64,000 nucleotides of DNA from Trichosphaerium sp. ATCC 40318 (lineage: Eukaryota > Protista > Tubulinea): contig JALMLS010000377.1 in NCBI GenBank assembly GCA_038496445.1, positions 124,001 to 188,000 on the forward strand, written 5' to 3'. The notes beneath the pieces were generated by a model. The model had not been told where the DNA came from. It worked only from the letters and a program-made list of their open reading frames with translations, and ran no database searches. The translations under genes and the position numbers were made by a program. Below are positions 1-13,366 of this stretch, in pieces (the first letter of the stretch is position 1; each line of letters begins with the position of its first letter).

Positions 1-2040
1 AATGAATGATATTAGGGAAAACAAGAGTCTAATAATACAAGTTAGCTCTGTAGCGTTCACTCATGGAGATTCACAAAAACTTACTCTTCTACGGTTAGGG
101 TCGTAACGCCAGTGAGCCAGCAGACCAAGGAGAGGTTGAAGGATAGTCAAGATAACGACAATCATTCCCAAGATTTCATGCGGTTCTGTAAAGTGTTCGT
201 TGTCTTCTCCTTTCCATGCGACAATAAGAACAAATGCAGTCAATACTAACTAAGAAAGCAGTTATAAATCGCTTGAAACTAGATTTTTTTTTTCAAGTCG
301 TACCAATACTGCAAAACATTGAAGGCTGACATGAATCCAAAACCATGGTTTCCACACCTTACGTAGATAACGTGCAACATAGTTACCGCTACAAGCTAGG
401 AGAACCCACGCTAGAATCATGATAATACCATGAATGGATTGGCTGTTTATTTTTAGTAATCAGAATACACCAAAGAAAAACATAAAACAATAACGTACGC
501 AGCTCCATGATAATCTGTCTGACCAACATCGAAGTCACTGTCTCCAGAAAGAAAATTAATATACGCTGCACCAGCAGACTCATGCTTGTCGTCGATTTTT
601 TCTTCCTCAGTAGTCTGTCCGTCATCTTCTCCAAGAGCTTTCCAGAGGTTAATTTGTGGTACACACTAGTTGCGTATCAAGCCACGTACCCCATATTACT
701 GGGAGCATCATATCGGCAAAATCAACATCGTACACGTCAGAATTTGTGAGTGGTCGCTCAAATTCGAGTATAGTCCATCCGTCTTTCTCCGAACCTCCAA
801 TTACTACAATATCACTTGTTCCACCCAAAGCAGTGTCAAGTTTAGGTTCTTCACGGTCTTCACCAATATAACCATCATAGATGTGCGCAACTCCATTTGA
901 TACCCAACCATATATAGCATCTGAGCGAATCATATCTGGAGTGCCAGAAAATCCAATGGCGACCTGGTAGTGTTGTTACAAAGAGTGGTTTGGGTTGTTT
1001 CTTTACGCGTACCCAACCTGTAGTTTTTGCTTTAACTTTGAAGTGAATAGTGTTTTCATCAGGATGTATATGCCATTCAACACCAAAAGTGTCATCTTCG
1101 TTATCGTAGGCATGCTCAATTTCGCTTGGCTTATGTGAATCACCTTGTGGAGGCTTTTCAGAGCACACAGAGCCTAGTACAGAGTCAACAAATGTTTTAA
1201 GAATTAATCAGAAAAGGGGAGAATTGTACTTTGCTCCCAATGAATCACTTTGTGGCCTCTTACGAAATGTTTTTCGAACCTGTCTCCTTCTGTTGTTGTC
1301 GGAGGCTCCTGTATAACATTTAGCGCATAAAACTGTTCATGAGAATAACGTACTTTACCAACAGCGTAAATAACTTGAAACGTAGTATCAAAGGAGTTAT
1401 CTTGGCTTTCAGAAGCATTGTAAGGTTGCGTAAACGCGAAACCAAAGCCATTATCTGGGTGTTCCCAAGCGTTAAAAACATCAAGATTTTGGCTAGTACT
1501 TGTTAATAAGGGTGTGCAGTACATAATAACCCGACATGTTTTTAATCATAAAATTAGCACTTACACTGCGTCTTTTGTGGGGATAGATTGTTGAGTTGCA
1601 TAATAGTCATAGGCGTATAGGCTGCCATTGTTTATGAAGCCCACATAAACGTCAGAACCTATTCAGTTGTCAACGTTTGTAGTTTTTTTTTTCTGCCAAT
1701 TGGGTTACCCGTGAGGCTATCAGTGAGCCTGTTGTCCATAGTTCCATCTTTTGAGAACCCAATACCGATCCAACCAGTTGTTTTTGCTTCAACAGCAATC
1801 TGAATATCGTTCTCGCCTAACGACCACCATAACCTGTAGTCTACACCTGTCGAATCATCTAAAAGCGGTTACTTTTTGCATCTTGGTATTTAGTATCGCA
1901 CCTGTCAACCAAACGCACTCTGCAAGCCCCGAAAACGGTGTACCGTTGCTAAGCTCAAATTTGGCGCAAAGCGTCGGTACAACGCATACAATTATGGCTA
2001 TAATAGCCAACAATGAAGAATGGCGCATTGCTAGCTGCAA
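1..2040 (-). CDS. DOMON-domain (probably two) / cytochrome b561-type membrane protein, multi-exon, 3' end runs off window
   Basis: Signal peptide (SSLLAIIAIIVCVVPTLCA); DOMON motifs (VKAKTTGWV, SDAIYGWV, GSEKDGWTILEFERPL); b561 TM His motif HEILGMIVVILTILQPLLG. Confidence 0.8.
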
Positions 2041-2251
2041 ATATTGAACTGAGAATTTAGTAGACTACAGATTTGCGTCAAGTTATTTTTAAAGCACTTC
2101 ATTGAACTACTACTTGTAAGCAGGCGCCTGGGTATTATACAATTGTTTTATTTCCTGAGGTAGTAAGGTAAACCGTTTTCGAAAGCAGATCAAAACAGTA
2201 AATCGACCGTGATGTATTCTTTGTTCTTTTTAACTGGAGTATGACCACAAG

Positions 2252-4310
2252 TTATGAAACGCGCTTACGCTTCTTGGATAATACAATATCACTTGCACTT
2301 GTACCCAGCATCAAAGAATCAAATAAGGTAGATTTTCCAAGTCCACGAGCCTCGAAATTTGAGCAATAGTAAATGAAGTCTTGACGACAAATCAAAGGCT
2401 TTTGAGGTGCCATGCGACCCGATTCTTGAGTCTTTTGCCAGGCTTGCCAAACTTTCGCTTGTTGAACGAGATGAATGAGTTGCTGCAGTTGGAGCTGTTC
2501 TTCAGGTGACATTGTCTGAAAAACAAGAGAATTAATTGGGTTTTCAAGCTGACAATTAGCCGTACATCTTTACGTAGTAATGATAGCTCCTGATATCTAC
2601 GCCTGTGAGTTTCATTAAATACTGGCCTTGGTGGCTCTCTGGAAGCCATATTGTGCATGGAATTTACAGACGATCTGATACAGGTAGATTAGTAAGAGCT
2701 CAACAGTAGTGTTGTTATCAATGTCTTACCCGATACCCATTTGGTTCATTTCCTGTTTTTGTCGTTGTTCAATACCATTCAAATGAGCAGCAGGGTTTGC
2801 AGAGATACGCACTGCATACTTCTTCCTAGTGACATCACGTCGTCTGTGTGATATGATCAACAACTTTCGTAATAACTTGCTCATGCGTTCTTCTAGAGCT
2901 AGTTTTATGTAATCAATTACTCTTCCTTTTGCTTTCAGCTTTGCCTCACGCACTATAAAAAAACCAAGTCAGCTTGATTTTTCAAGTTAAAAGCCTGTAC
3001 CAAATTGAGTAAGTCTGATTTTTATATATTGCTTCGCTGCGTAAACTTGAGCAGGTGTTTGACGTGTTATTGGCTTTGCTAATACTTTAGGAGGGCCAAG
3101 CTTCTTCCTATTTTCTAATTTTTGATCAATACCTGCCAATCTGTCCATATAAGCCATCTTTTCAGGGTTTGTGCGAAGCTTTTCTACCTTCACTATTGCA
3201 AGTTGTTAACGTCAATTTAAGGGTACTAGAAATAGGTTAACTTATTCAATAATTACCTGGTTGTAGAGGTGTTGGTATAGGTGATGGTGTGGGTACAGGT
3301 GCCATGCTTTGAGGTGTGCCTGGGGAGATACCAACTGGAGATAACGCACGGTTCGTGTGAGGAATACTGTGTTGTTGGGGTACTACTCTGGGCATTGGTG
3401 GTCTGTTTGTAACGCCAGGTTGTGCTTTAGAGAGAGCTTGTGGTGTTTGTTGGATAGGATTTGTGAATTTCTGAGGAGCAAGGTTTTGTGAGAATGTCAT
3501 TGTTGGCATACCAGGTGATATGCTCGTAGCAATGTTTGGTTGTAATCCGCGGTTGCCTTGTACTTGTCGTGTATCTACCATACGCTGTGCTGGTGGTCGT
3601 ATAGCTTGGTTTTGTTGGGCTCTTAAAGTCCTGTTCTGTTTGATTACTTCTTCAGTTACTTTTGAAACATACAGTTGTGCTACCTAAACAAAATTAAATG
3701 GCGAGATGTTTAGGTTTTTTATAGCGACTTACTCGCTCGCCCACTACGCTGCTAAACCTGGGTTGGTATCGAGCTATCTTTGCTGGTGCGCTCATAGCTT
3801 TGTGCAATATCATATCTTGGATTATGGTTGCTAGTTGAACTCTAGTGTTTGCATGGATCTCTAGTTGAAAACACTTCAACTTGTTAACAATCCTTGAGAC
3901 AGTGAGATGTTGGAATACAAAATGTTGTTTGGTACCATTGAGTGTGTTGGGATATGACCTTGTTAGTTTGAGCGTTGCCAACAACGCGTTGCCTGTTCAT
4001 TGCGGCAACTGGTTGCATCCGTTGAGTTCCTTGGGGTGCCATTCTTTGTGGACTAATGACATTTTGAGCTATGCGTTGTTGCGGAGGCCGTTGTTGTATA
4101 GGTGGCGTATATCTGGTTGGTTGCGGTGGTTGCGCGACCTTTTGTTACATTAGAACGGTTTGATTTAAAAACAAGCGTTTAAATAAAATTCTGTTAGACT
4201 AGGCTATAGTGGTGCTGTATTACAGTAAAACAACGCTGTACCTGTACAGGTGGTGCTGGAGTTGTAGCGGCGCCACCCATCATCATTTTTTCGAGCTCGT
4301 CAATTTCCAT
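2252..4310 (-). CDS. TAF4: TAF4-like TFIID subunit (Q/P-rich N-terminus, histone fold plus C-terminal conserved region)
   Basis: IDYIKLALEERMSKLLRKLLIISHRR resembles the TAF4 histone fold; C-terminal LICRQDFIYY resembles the TAF4 conserved region; ATG at 4310. Confidence 0.6.
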
Positions 4311-4374
4311 GGTTGCCTGTGTAGAATTTTACAAAACTATTCAAAAAAGTGAGGCTTAATTGAACAAAAAATTA

Positions 4375-4396
4375 AGTCTAGACGGCCGTCTAGACT
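4375..4396. promoter_or_regulatory. 22-bp perfect palindrome in divergent promoter
   Basis: AGTCTAGACGGCCGTCTAGACT equals its own reverse complement and lies between the ATGs at 4310 (-) and about 4407 (+); function is inferred only. Confidence 0.5.
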
Positions 4397-4406
4397 GTTG
4401 AATTAA

Positions 4407-5596
4407 ATGTTACGCTTCCATAAAGCAACTCAATACGGTTTAGCGGCGCGTTCAGTGACCCTAAAGGTCATTCCTGCCTATAATGTTAAAAGTCACTAAC
4501 TCTACAACTAGAACGCGCCACGCGCCAATGGTACGCGTTTACCAATACGGTACATATTAATCCAACGCCTAAACGCTAAAAACGATTTAGATTTAGTGTG
4601 GCCACCAACAGGAAAGGTAAGTGAAGTGTATTCACGTCGCGATTCAATTGAAGCCTTCCAACGCTTAAAAATCCGCTAGGGACAAAACAAGCACAGCGAC
4701 TGTATTTAGAGGGACTACAAAAAGGTGTTTCGAACCCTTTGAAGCATTTCTCGTACTTTATGCCCTACACAAGGAACTTTTATTTCGCATTGGACTGTTT
4801 TGAAAAATTAAAGAAGGAACATACTCCTGATGCTCACTGCTATTCAACACTATTGTACCTATGTCCAAGACAACAATTAAAAGATGCTGAGAGGCTCTTT
4901 GACGAGATGAAAGAAAAGGGGATAAAGCCGTCAGTGTCAGTATATCAGAACCTAATGAAAGTTTATACTGATGCTGAACGCAATTCCAGAGTACAAGAAC
5001 TTTTTGAAGAACTCGAACAAACAGGCTTAAAAATGACAGTTGGTGTTTATACCTTGCTTTTAAAATCAATAAGCTCTCGCGAAATAAACAGAATAGAAGA
5101 GATATATATGAAAATGATAAGTGAAGGACCAGAACCAAATGCTACAACATATAATACAGTACTACAACATTTTGTTTGGGAAGGAGAAATAGAAAAAGCT
5201 TTACAAGCACTGGTTGATATGAAGACAAAAGGAATATCAGGCACTCCTAAAATATATGCAATGATATTACAGAAAGCAGATACTTTACATTTAGTAAAGG
5301 TTTTGGTTAATATGTACCTCATGGTATGTAGTAAAATGAAATATTTCTCGAATCGTTTTTTTTTGTTTTGGGATTGATTGCTGATTTTTTTTCTTCCTAA
5401 GGACCGCGTACCTATGACAAATGGTATATTCACATCATACAAACGAGTTGCACAGAAATACATGCCAAGAGAGGAATTAAAAGCGCCAACATACTATAGC
5501 ACAGAGCGCCATACAACTGCCAAGGTGTTTGGTGTTGGAGCTTCAAATGTAGTAAAAGAACACATGCAGAAAATGATTTCACTACCGGATAAATGA
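4407..5596 (+). CDS. pentatricopeptide repeat (PPR) protein, probably mitochondrial
   Basis: Tandem 35-aa PPR motifs (PDAHCYSTLL, AERLFDEMKEKGIKPSVSVYQNLM, PNATTYNTVL); basic N-terminus; 5' exon structure approximate. Confidence 0.85.
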
Positions 5597-5964
5597 TCAA
5601 TAGTAACGAGTTTAGAGTCTCGGAACTGAAACATTTTTTTTAAGCCAACTAGGCTTGAGTGACAGCAATTTCATTGTGCACGCAAAAATTCAGTCAAACT
5701 GCAAGCAAACTTTTGGAATTAGTACATTGAGTAAGAATAAAATGCTCTAATTTCACTTCCATGCGCCCAAGTTTTATCTAAATAAGCCGCCAGTACCGTT
5801 AATGATAAAAATTATTGGTCATTTCCGCGAAACAGAACGACACTCAAGCTAAGGCAACTACTGACGCTCGTATTATTGTTCTGATTATGTGCAAAAGTGG
5901 AAAAGAAAAGTCTTAGCTTGTCCTACGCAAAGTGGCCAATAGTCAGTTTATTTTGTTGGAAAAT

Positions 5965-7333
5965 TTACTTTTTGACAACATCAGAGTGCTCGCTCTTGAA
6001 AACAGTGGAGGTAGCGTATTTGCTAATATCAACACCTTGTTCCTTTTCTTTGTCGCACTGGGCAGCAATCCAGTCATATGTTCTCTTCAAACCTTCCTTG
6101 AGAGGAATACTAGGAGCCCATCCTACCAAGATTTAAGTACAAAGCCAATAATTATCAAACAATGAAAATTTTTCACAAAAACAGTTTGCTTACCCAATTT
6201 CTCTTTGATGAGTGTGTTGTCGGAGTTACGGCCTCTGACACCCTCTGGTCCAGGGATGTTGCTTAGCTCAACAGAGTCGAGTTTTCCAGCGAAACCAAGA
6301 CACATTTTGGCCATGTCGTTCATGGAGATCATTTCGTCAGATCCAATGTTAAGAACATCTTCAACATCACTCTTCATGAGACGGAGAATACCTTCGACAC
6401 AGTCGTCGACGTGGCAGAAAGAACGTGTTTGTTCACCATCACCCCAGATCTCGAGTTTGGTGTCACAGCACTTGGCTTTACGGCAGAAAGCAGCAGGAGC
6501 CTTTTCGCGACCTCCTAAAGAAGCGTGTGAGAAGAATTCTAGTTTTTTAAAAAACGCGATTGAAAAGGGAATAAAAGATCAACCACGCAAAAACACGTTA
6601 CCTTTCCATGTTCCTCTACCACCGTAGATGTTGTGGAAGCGAGCTACGCGGAAAATAATGTCTTTAAAGTCCTTAGCGTAATAGCGGCACAATTCTTCGG
6701 TAGCCAATTTCTCTAGACCGTAAGCGTCTTGAGGTTGAGCTGGCCATGCGTCAGCTTCCTTTAAAAAATGGTCAGAAACGTCTAAAACGAGAAAAAGTAA
6801 AAAAAAAATACTCGCGAGTTGTTACGCTCGTTTAGTTACGCGTTCAATCCCGATGTTTTCTCACCTTCAAAGCAGAGATATCAGTTTCGAGCTGACGGTA
6901 CTCTGGGTAAACGCAAGCGCTTGAAGAGTAAAAGTAGCGTTGAACACCACAACGGCGTGCAGCTTCTACCATGTTGAAGGAAATCATGACATTGTTGTAG
7001 AAAATAACCTACGACGAACTGTTAGTTTTTTTTTTTGGGGAGATATGGAAAAATTTTCTGGGGGCGTACAGAGTGGTTAGATTGGATGAAACCCATACCG
7101 CCCATGTCAGCAGCTAACATGTAAACCCACTCCATTGATTCGGTGGCTTTGAGACAGTTGCCCAAGTCACGGAGATCTAGCTCAAGGAACTCATCGCAGA
7201 TCTCTTCTTGTTTAAAGTATGTCAAGCAACTTTTCTTCCAGTCTACGCAGCGAACAAAGTGTCCTTCAGCCTTTAGGCGTTGTCCCAAGTGAGCTCCAAT
7301 AAAACCGCCACCGCCAGCAATAAGAATACGCAT
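5965..7333 (-). CDS. GME: GDP-mannose 3,5-epimerase
   Basis: GGGGFIG Rossmann motif, LAADMGGMGFIQSNHS, FYSSSACVYPEY, AWPAQPQDAYGLEK, GGREKAPAAFCRK, PGPEGVRGRNSDNTLI. Confidence 0.93.
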
Positions 7334-7580
7334 TTTTGAAGATAAGTAGTGTAGTGCTTGTAAACAACAAAAAACAAATAAGTTGGACCGAACAATTTTA
7401 TTGACTTAATTACGTCAAAAAGTAGTTTGTCCGTATCGTAGCACTTCCCTAAACGCTAACCATGGCGTATCGCCATTTTTTGAGCCGTAAATTCCTTATC
7501 GAGTTTTTATTTTGACATAACCCTATCAAAAAAAAGGTCTTTATACAACAGGCCACTTCTTTAGTGTTGCCTACAATTTT

Positions 7581-8504
7581 TTACAGCATTCTTTGGAGTT
7601 TTGGTTTGAGGTGCGAAACGGTGGTAGTTTTGCGTAACGATTTTTCCCGTTTGGTAGTACTGCTGTCGTCGTGGCTGCGTTTGTGGACCTGGTTGTGCGA
7701 TTGGGCTAATCCGTTACCAACGCTATGCGACCTTGTCATAACCTTCCTCTCATCAGAATAGGAACTGTTAATTTTATCTACAAGCTTCATCTACAACGCA
7801 AATGTCATTTTATCGGATGTCATTGAGATATCTCTTTCTTGAGCTCGACGGTACGCGTAGCAAGAATATAATAAAATGAAAAAAATAAAAAATGTGTAGA
7901 GATTTGTAATACATTTACCATCGAAGCCTCTGAACGTGATTACTTACCATACTATGCAAATTGTCGGAAATAAGAGATTCTGTTTTTTCCAAGTTGCGTT
8001 CCAGCCTTTCAATATCTTCTGTCATTTTATTGATATCCTTATCAATGCCATTCCTTTACTATGAGTAAAAAACAAGCAAGCCTGAAAGCAGAAAATGAAC
8101 AATTTTTTTTTGGTCCAACCTTATTTTGTGTAATTCTAAATAGTATTTAGCGTAAGCATGGTAATATTAATTTCACAACGTACCTTTGATGTTGTTACGG
8201 ACTTGTGTAAGCTTTAGGAGTTAGATGATACAAATAAACGGAAGAAAAACAATAAATTAAAGACTTCGAAAAAAAAAGCCAACAATACCTTTTGCCAATC
8301 ACGTGGGTACAAGCATCTTTCATTACTTTGCAAAGCAGAAACTCCTCTTGGTTTAGCACTTTGTCTATGGTATTTTAAATAAGCAATTTAGATTATAATA
8401 CAGTTATCATACGCTAGGCTTAATTCAATGCGCTGCATTTCAGCTCTGTTCAGTTTGGTTTTTTTTAAAAGACGTTTTTTCTTGTACGGTCAAATACGCG
8501 CCAT
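7581..8504 (-). CDS. hypothetical coiled-coil protein, multi-exon
   Basis: Exons with GT-AG borders splice to LTQVRNNIKELHKISKRNGIDKDINKMTEDIERLERNLEK; start uncertain. Confidence 0.45.
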
Positions 8505-8722
8505 CTTTCAACGCTTGCGCCTCAGCGATAACTCCGCTCCCTTCTAAAGATATCTGCATATAACGTCATGAGGATGTTGTGACAAAAATACGAAACAATG
8601 TCTTTTTTGTACGTTAGGGCAATCAAGTCTTTATTTTTTCATAATTTTACAGTGTTGGGAATAATCCTTATTTTCTTTCTTTGTCTTTTTGGTTTTTTTT
8701 GTGTTTTCTTCCTCGTGTCTTC

Positions 8723-11700
8723 TTAAGAGACTTGGGTTTCAAAATTTATCTTGATGCCCAACATTGCGAGTTCGGCTGACAAGTATCGTACTGGGTAGGG
8801 AATATTGACACGTGTAATAGGTCCACCAGCCTTGCACATTGTGCAAGAGATTGTTTCTAGAGCGTCATCGCCTTCATCCAGTTCCATTAAGATCTTTGTT
8901 GCTATCATACAACCACATGCAGAACATACATAAGCAGCTAAAAATGACAAGTAAGAAATAGGTAATAGAAGACAAGTCAAACAAGTCAAATATTGTAAAA
9001 CGTACAAGTTCTGTCACTGCAGTTAAGCATGCGGTCTCTCAGTAGCGATGAAGTACCATGCGCAATTAAAGCATCACGTTCCATTTCACCCAAACGCATA
9101 CCACCACCTCGTTTACGACCCTAGTAAAAGTCAATATTGTTAAAACTAAGATCTTTTCAACAAATTTTTTTTTTTTCGTTGTTATACCTTAATAGGTTGC
9201 CATGTGACTCTATCTTTCTTACCAACTGAGCGCACTTGGTATTTATCTTTTACCATGTGTCTCAAACGCTGATAATATACAACACCGAAGAAAATATCGG
9301 CGTGAAACTCTGTGCCTGTAATACCACTGTACATTGGCTCACTACCGTAGTAGTTGAAGCCATGACGAACTAGCTCTTTTCCAAAGTGTTCCAAAGCATT
9401 TTCTTTACCTTGGAATTGGAAAGGTGTAGCGTCTTGGAATTTACCATCCATACCTAGTAGTCAAAAGTTAGAACTTTTTTGCATTCGTTTTCTTTGTTTT
9501 GTTTGCTATTGCTTTGACGTACACCCAGATTTGGCTGCCATAGATTCGATAAGCATACCAATTGTCATACGAGAAGGATAAGCGTGAGGATTAATGATAA
9601 TGTCAGGTGTCAAGCCAGTTTCAGAGAATGGCATGTCAATCTGAGGCCAAAGTTGGGACATAGTTCCTTTTTGTCCATGGCGTGAAGCGAATTTATCTCC
9701 CTTGAATGGTCCTCTAGGGTGTCTCCATCGTATGATTGCTTTTCTAATACCTTTTGTAGTATCACTGCCGTCACCAACAATAAATACAGCATCGATGATT
9801 GCTGATTCCTTCTTCCAATAAACAACATCATGAGTGTTGCTTCTAGGCTCGTATGTCACGTAGAGTGTATCTCCTTTGTTCATTGTTGTTCCGATTTCAG
9901 GTAAACCATCTTCAGGGAAATCCATGACATGTAATTTACCATCAAGCTACGTAGTACGTTGTAAGTAAGTTGAACTTATTTTTTGACAAAAGAAATTTCA
10001 TTTTTCATACGAATCACTCGTGACGTACTGATTTATTTGAGAAGAATTTCTCTTCTTCATAACTTCTTTTACTTGAATGACCTCTTCCTCCTTTTGGCAT
10101 TAAGTCAATTGGTTGACTCTTATATACTGTTCCATAATAAAAACCGCGTTCAGCAGCTGACTTGTTAATAATCATAGCATCTTCCATATCGTATCCGGTG
10201 TATGAAATGACAGCAACGATGGCATTTGTACCATATGCAAATTCATTTAATTCATAATTTCTGTGTGTTTTACTTCTGCAAACAGGAGCCTAGTAGGTAA
10301 AGTCAGTAAAGGGGTGAGTTGCAATGAACAAAAAGAAATCGAACTTTTTTTTACACTAAGGAGTTGTTTGTTTAACGTGCCTGTGGTGTCTGCAACAAAT
10401 ATAATTTGTTTTCATTGCGGTATGTGTAATTGAAACATGGGATACCCATTGTATGTTTACACATCTGACATTCGTACATGTTACGTGGTGACTGATTAAA
10501 GTCTGAAAATGGTGTCAATCCAGCAATAATAGATAGGATAGCTCCAGAATCTTTCTCCACCATTACACTTCTAGGTGTGATTTCATTATTGTTCAAAGCA
10601 ATTGATAGGAAAGGCTGTTCAGTGATTGAGATGGTCTTGTAAAGAGATGAGTTTTGGGTAATATACACTAAACAACAATACCTCTTCTTTTCCTGTATCC
10701 AAAGAGGTTACATTTCGTAGTAACCGGTACGGATTTAATGAAATGAATAGACCTGGCATTGCATGGTTTCCAGGTGCTTGAGCAACAATCTCTAATGAAG
10801 TATGTACACGTGTACCCTATTTTAAAGGAAGGATGGTGAGTATAAATGACTTAGATGCAGTATGTACCTTTAAACTGCGCAAAGTTAAACCAAAACTAAC
10901 AATTGAGTCTTCTCGGATCGATCCAAGTACAGTGCCATCTAATACAACTGGTGCATATCCAAGAGGTATCTACAAAATATTATAAGGTAATCCGTTTATT
11001 TTAAGCCTAGGTACCCATTCAGCTGCAATATCTATCATACCGAGAGCTGTCAAAGCAGCCATAATATCGGCGACAGCCTTTTCAAAGTCTACCTTTTGAA
11101 GAGCGCGTGACACGGAACTTCCGTTGGTGAGATGATTAACAACACCGCAATTGGTACCATCGGGAGTGTTTACAGGGCACACAAAACCTATTCAGGTATT
11201 AAGATTAAGTACAGTATACTGGTATAGTACCCCAGTGATCTGGTGATAATTTCCTGACACCTGCTAGAGAGGCACCACCACCGCTTGCTGCCGTTGTCAT
11301 TATGAGACAACGAAGATGTGTATTAAAATGGAGGTAGTTTACACGCTCTCCAATAATGACAAGACCCTCGCCTAAGATAATTTAGTAATTGTTTGAATTG
11401 TACAAAATTACATACGTCTGCTTGATGGGAACGGAAAGGTGCTCATATTTGCTGTACCGACTGACATAAATGTATGCATCAAGGTACCTACACGTGGGAA
11501 AATACGTTGTGCACTTGATGAAATATCGTCTAGTTAATTGCATTAGTGTGTTATTTTTATTTTGTTTTTTTTTAATACCTGTTGTGACACTACCACTACG
11601 GTTGCCTTTCATTCTTTCTTCTTTAAGAGCTCTTCGCATAACTATTTGAAATGTGGTTGCGAGGGTATCCAAGAATACAGTATACCACAACAAACCAGAC

Positions 11701-13142
11701 GTGCACACCTGCAGGTTGTTTTAGTGTTGGATTGAACGTAAACAGGTTTTTTATGTTTTTGTCGTTTGAGCGTACGTATTTATTACTGAACCTATCGGAT
11801 TCTTCTTCTTCAATTTCTTTAGCACGAAGGAGTAATAGTTTTCGTAACATTAATCTAGTATATCATCAATAAAAAATTTGTATTTGACTGTTTGACACTA
11901 AATGTCAAAACAAATGACATGTCCGTTTTAACGTACACTACTAAGTTAGATTTATCTTCAAAAGTGTCGCAATTCGCAAAAACGTATTTTTTAAGCATGT
12001 GCTCGCCTAGTAGAAACGTTAATACATTAACAATGGAACAGAGTGAAAAACTTTCATACCGAGTTGAATGTCATCGAGAAATGAGTCACGGAATGCCATC
12101 ATTCTAGCATCACGCCCAAGGAACGCGCGACATTCTTTCATTGTATTAAGCGTAACACTACTGTCATGTGCCATATCATAATGCTCCCTTAACATAGTCT
12201 CCACAGCTTGAGAAAAAATTGGATCATCAAGTCGTCCTTGGCATACTCGCTCATATATTTCTTTATCAGAGATACCAGTCAAAGCCCTTAGAAGTACAAT
12301 GATAGGAATACGGGCACGGTATCTGTTAGAAATAGCTACTTGAAGTTTATATTGATTTGGTCGAATAATCATAAGCATATGTCCTCTAACAATTCTGTCT
12401 GATCCCATTGCTTGAAACGAAACAGATTCATGTTCAAGGTCTAAATCACGAAATTTTCTTCTTAAAGCAATAGGGTAGTTGATGCGTGTCTCAAGTAAAT
12501 GACGAATAACTCTTTCCCTGGTTGAAGGAGTTAGAAAGATAAAAAAAACCAAAAAAATGCCTGAAAAAAGGTTTTAGCGTTCTATGCGTTTTTATTTACC
12601 TTCCGCTGATGATGAAGTATCCACCGTCATCACGAGGGTCTTCATAATTTGAATAGGAGAACTTTTTACTCTTTTTTCCAGCCAAGTGACATGCTGCGCT
12701 CTACTTGTATGTTGAGTACACTGCTTGCGCTATTGCTTTAAAAGCGTATTTTTCCTCTGCATTTCCTCGTACCTTTACCATCACAGGCACTTCTCCTAAG
12801 CTAAATACCTCTCTGCGCGTCCGAATACCGTCTCCTTTTATTTCTAGTGTCACTTCAAACTTTGAACAGTAGCTCAATTGTCCAATACGGCACTGTAACG
12901 CGTATAAATGATCGTAGCTTTTCAACAATGCGTACCGATTTGGGGTAGAGTGGTTGTGTGTGGCTATTCCCCGCACGCTTCTCACAAGGCTTTTCATAGC
13001 GTATATTTATTAGTTTGGCTCTTATTTTCTGGCCACCTTCTAATTCTTTGTGAAATGGCTCAATTGCCTCTATTCCTTCTTGGAGCCCAAAATTAAGGAA
13101 GTCATTAAAGCTATCAAGTTGAGACAGCGCCACATTCTCCAT
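8723..13142 (-). CDS. RPA2: RNA polymerase I second-largest subunit (RPA2/Rpa135-like), highly diverged
   Basis: [108 protein letters not shown]-terminal Zn ribbon; 5' end uncertain. Confidence 0.88.
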
Positions 13143-13366
13143 GGTGGTGACAACGAGGAACCGCACTTAAAGTCGATTTCTTTAAGGCAGGCAATCAAAT
13201 TGCTGTAACTTGTTGCTATCAACATAAGATATTGATTCCCGCGTAGACGTGGGCATGAATGTATTGAAGAAAATGTGGAAATCACTATGAAACGTTCAAT
13301 AAAACTTAGGCAATGATGAGTGCGAAATCAATGTCATGTTGTGCTTCCGTGTAACACGTCTTTGCC

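Noticed and set aside
5617-5700. RNase P/MRP-like P4 motifs (GGAACTGAA ... AATTCAGTC)
   Set aside because: The two halves are only about 70 nt apart and the other conserved regions are missing.
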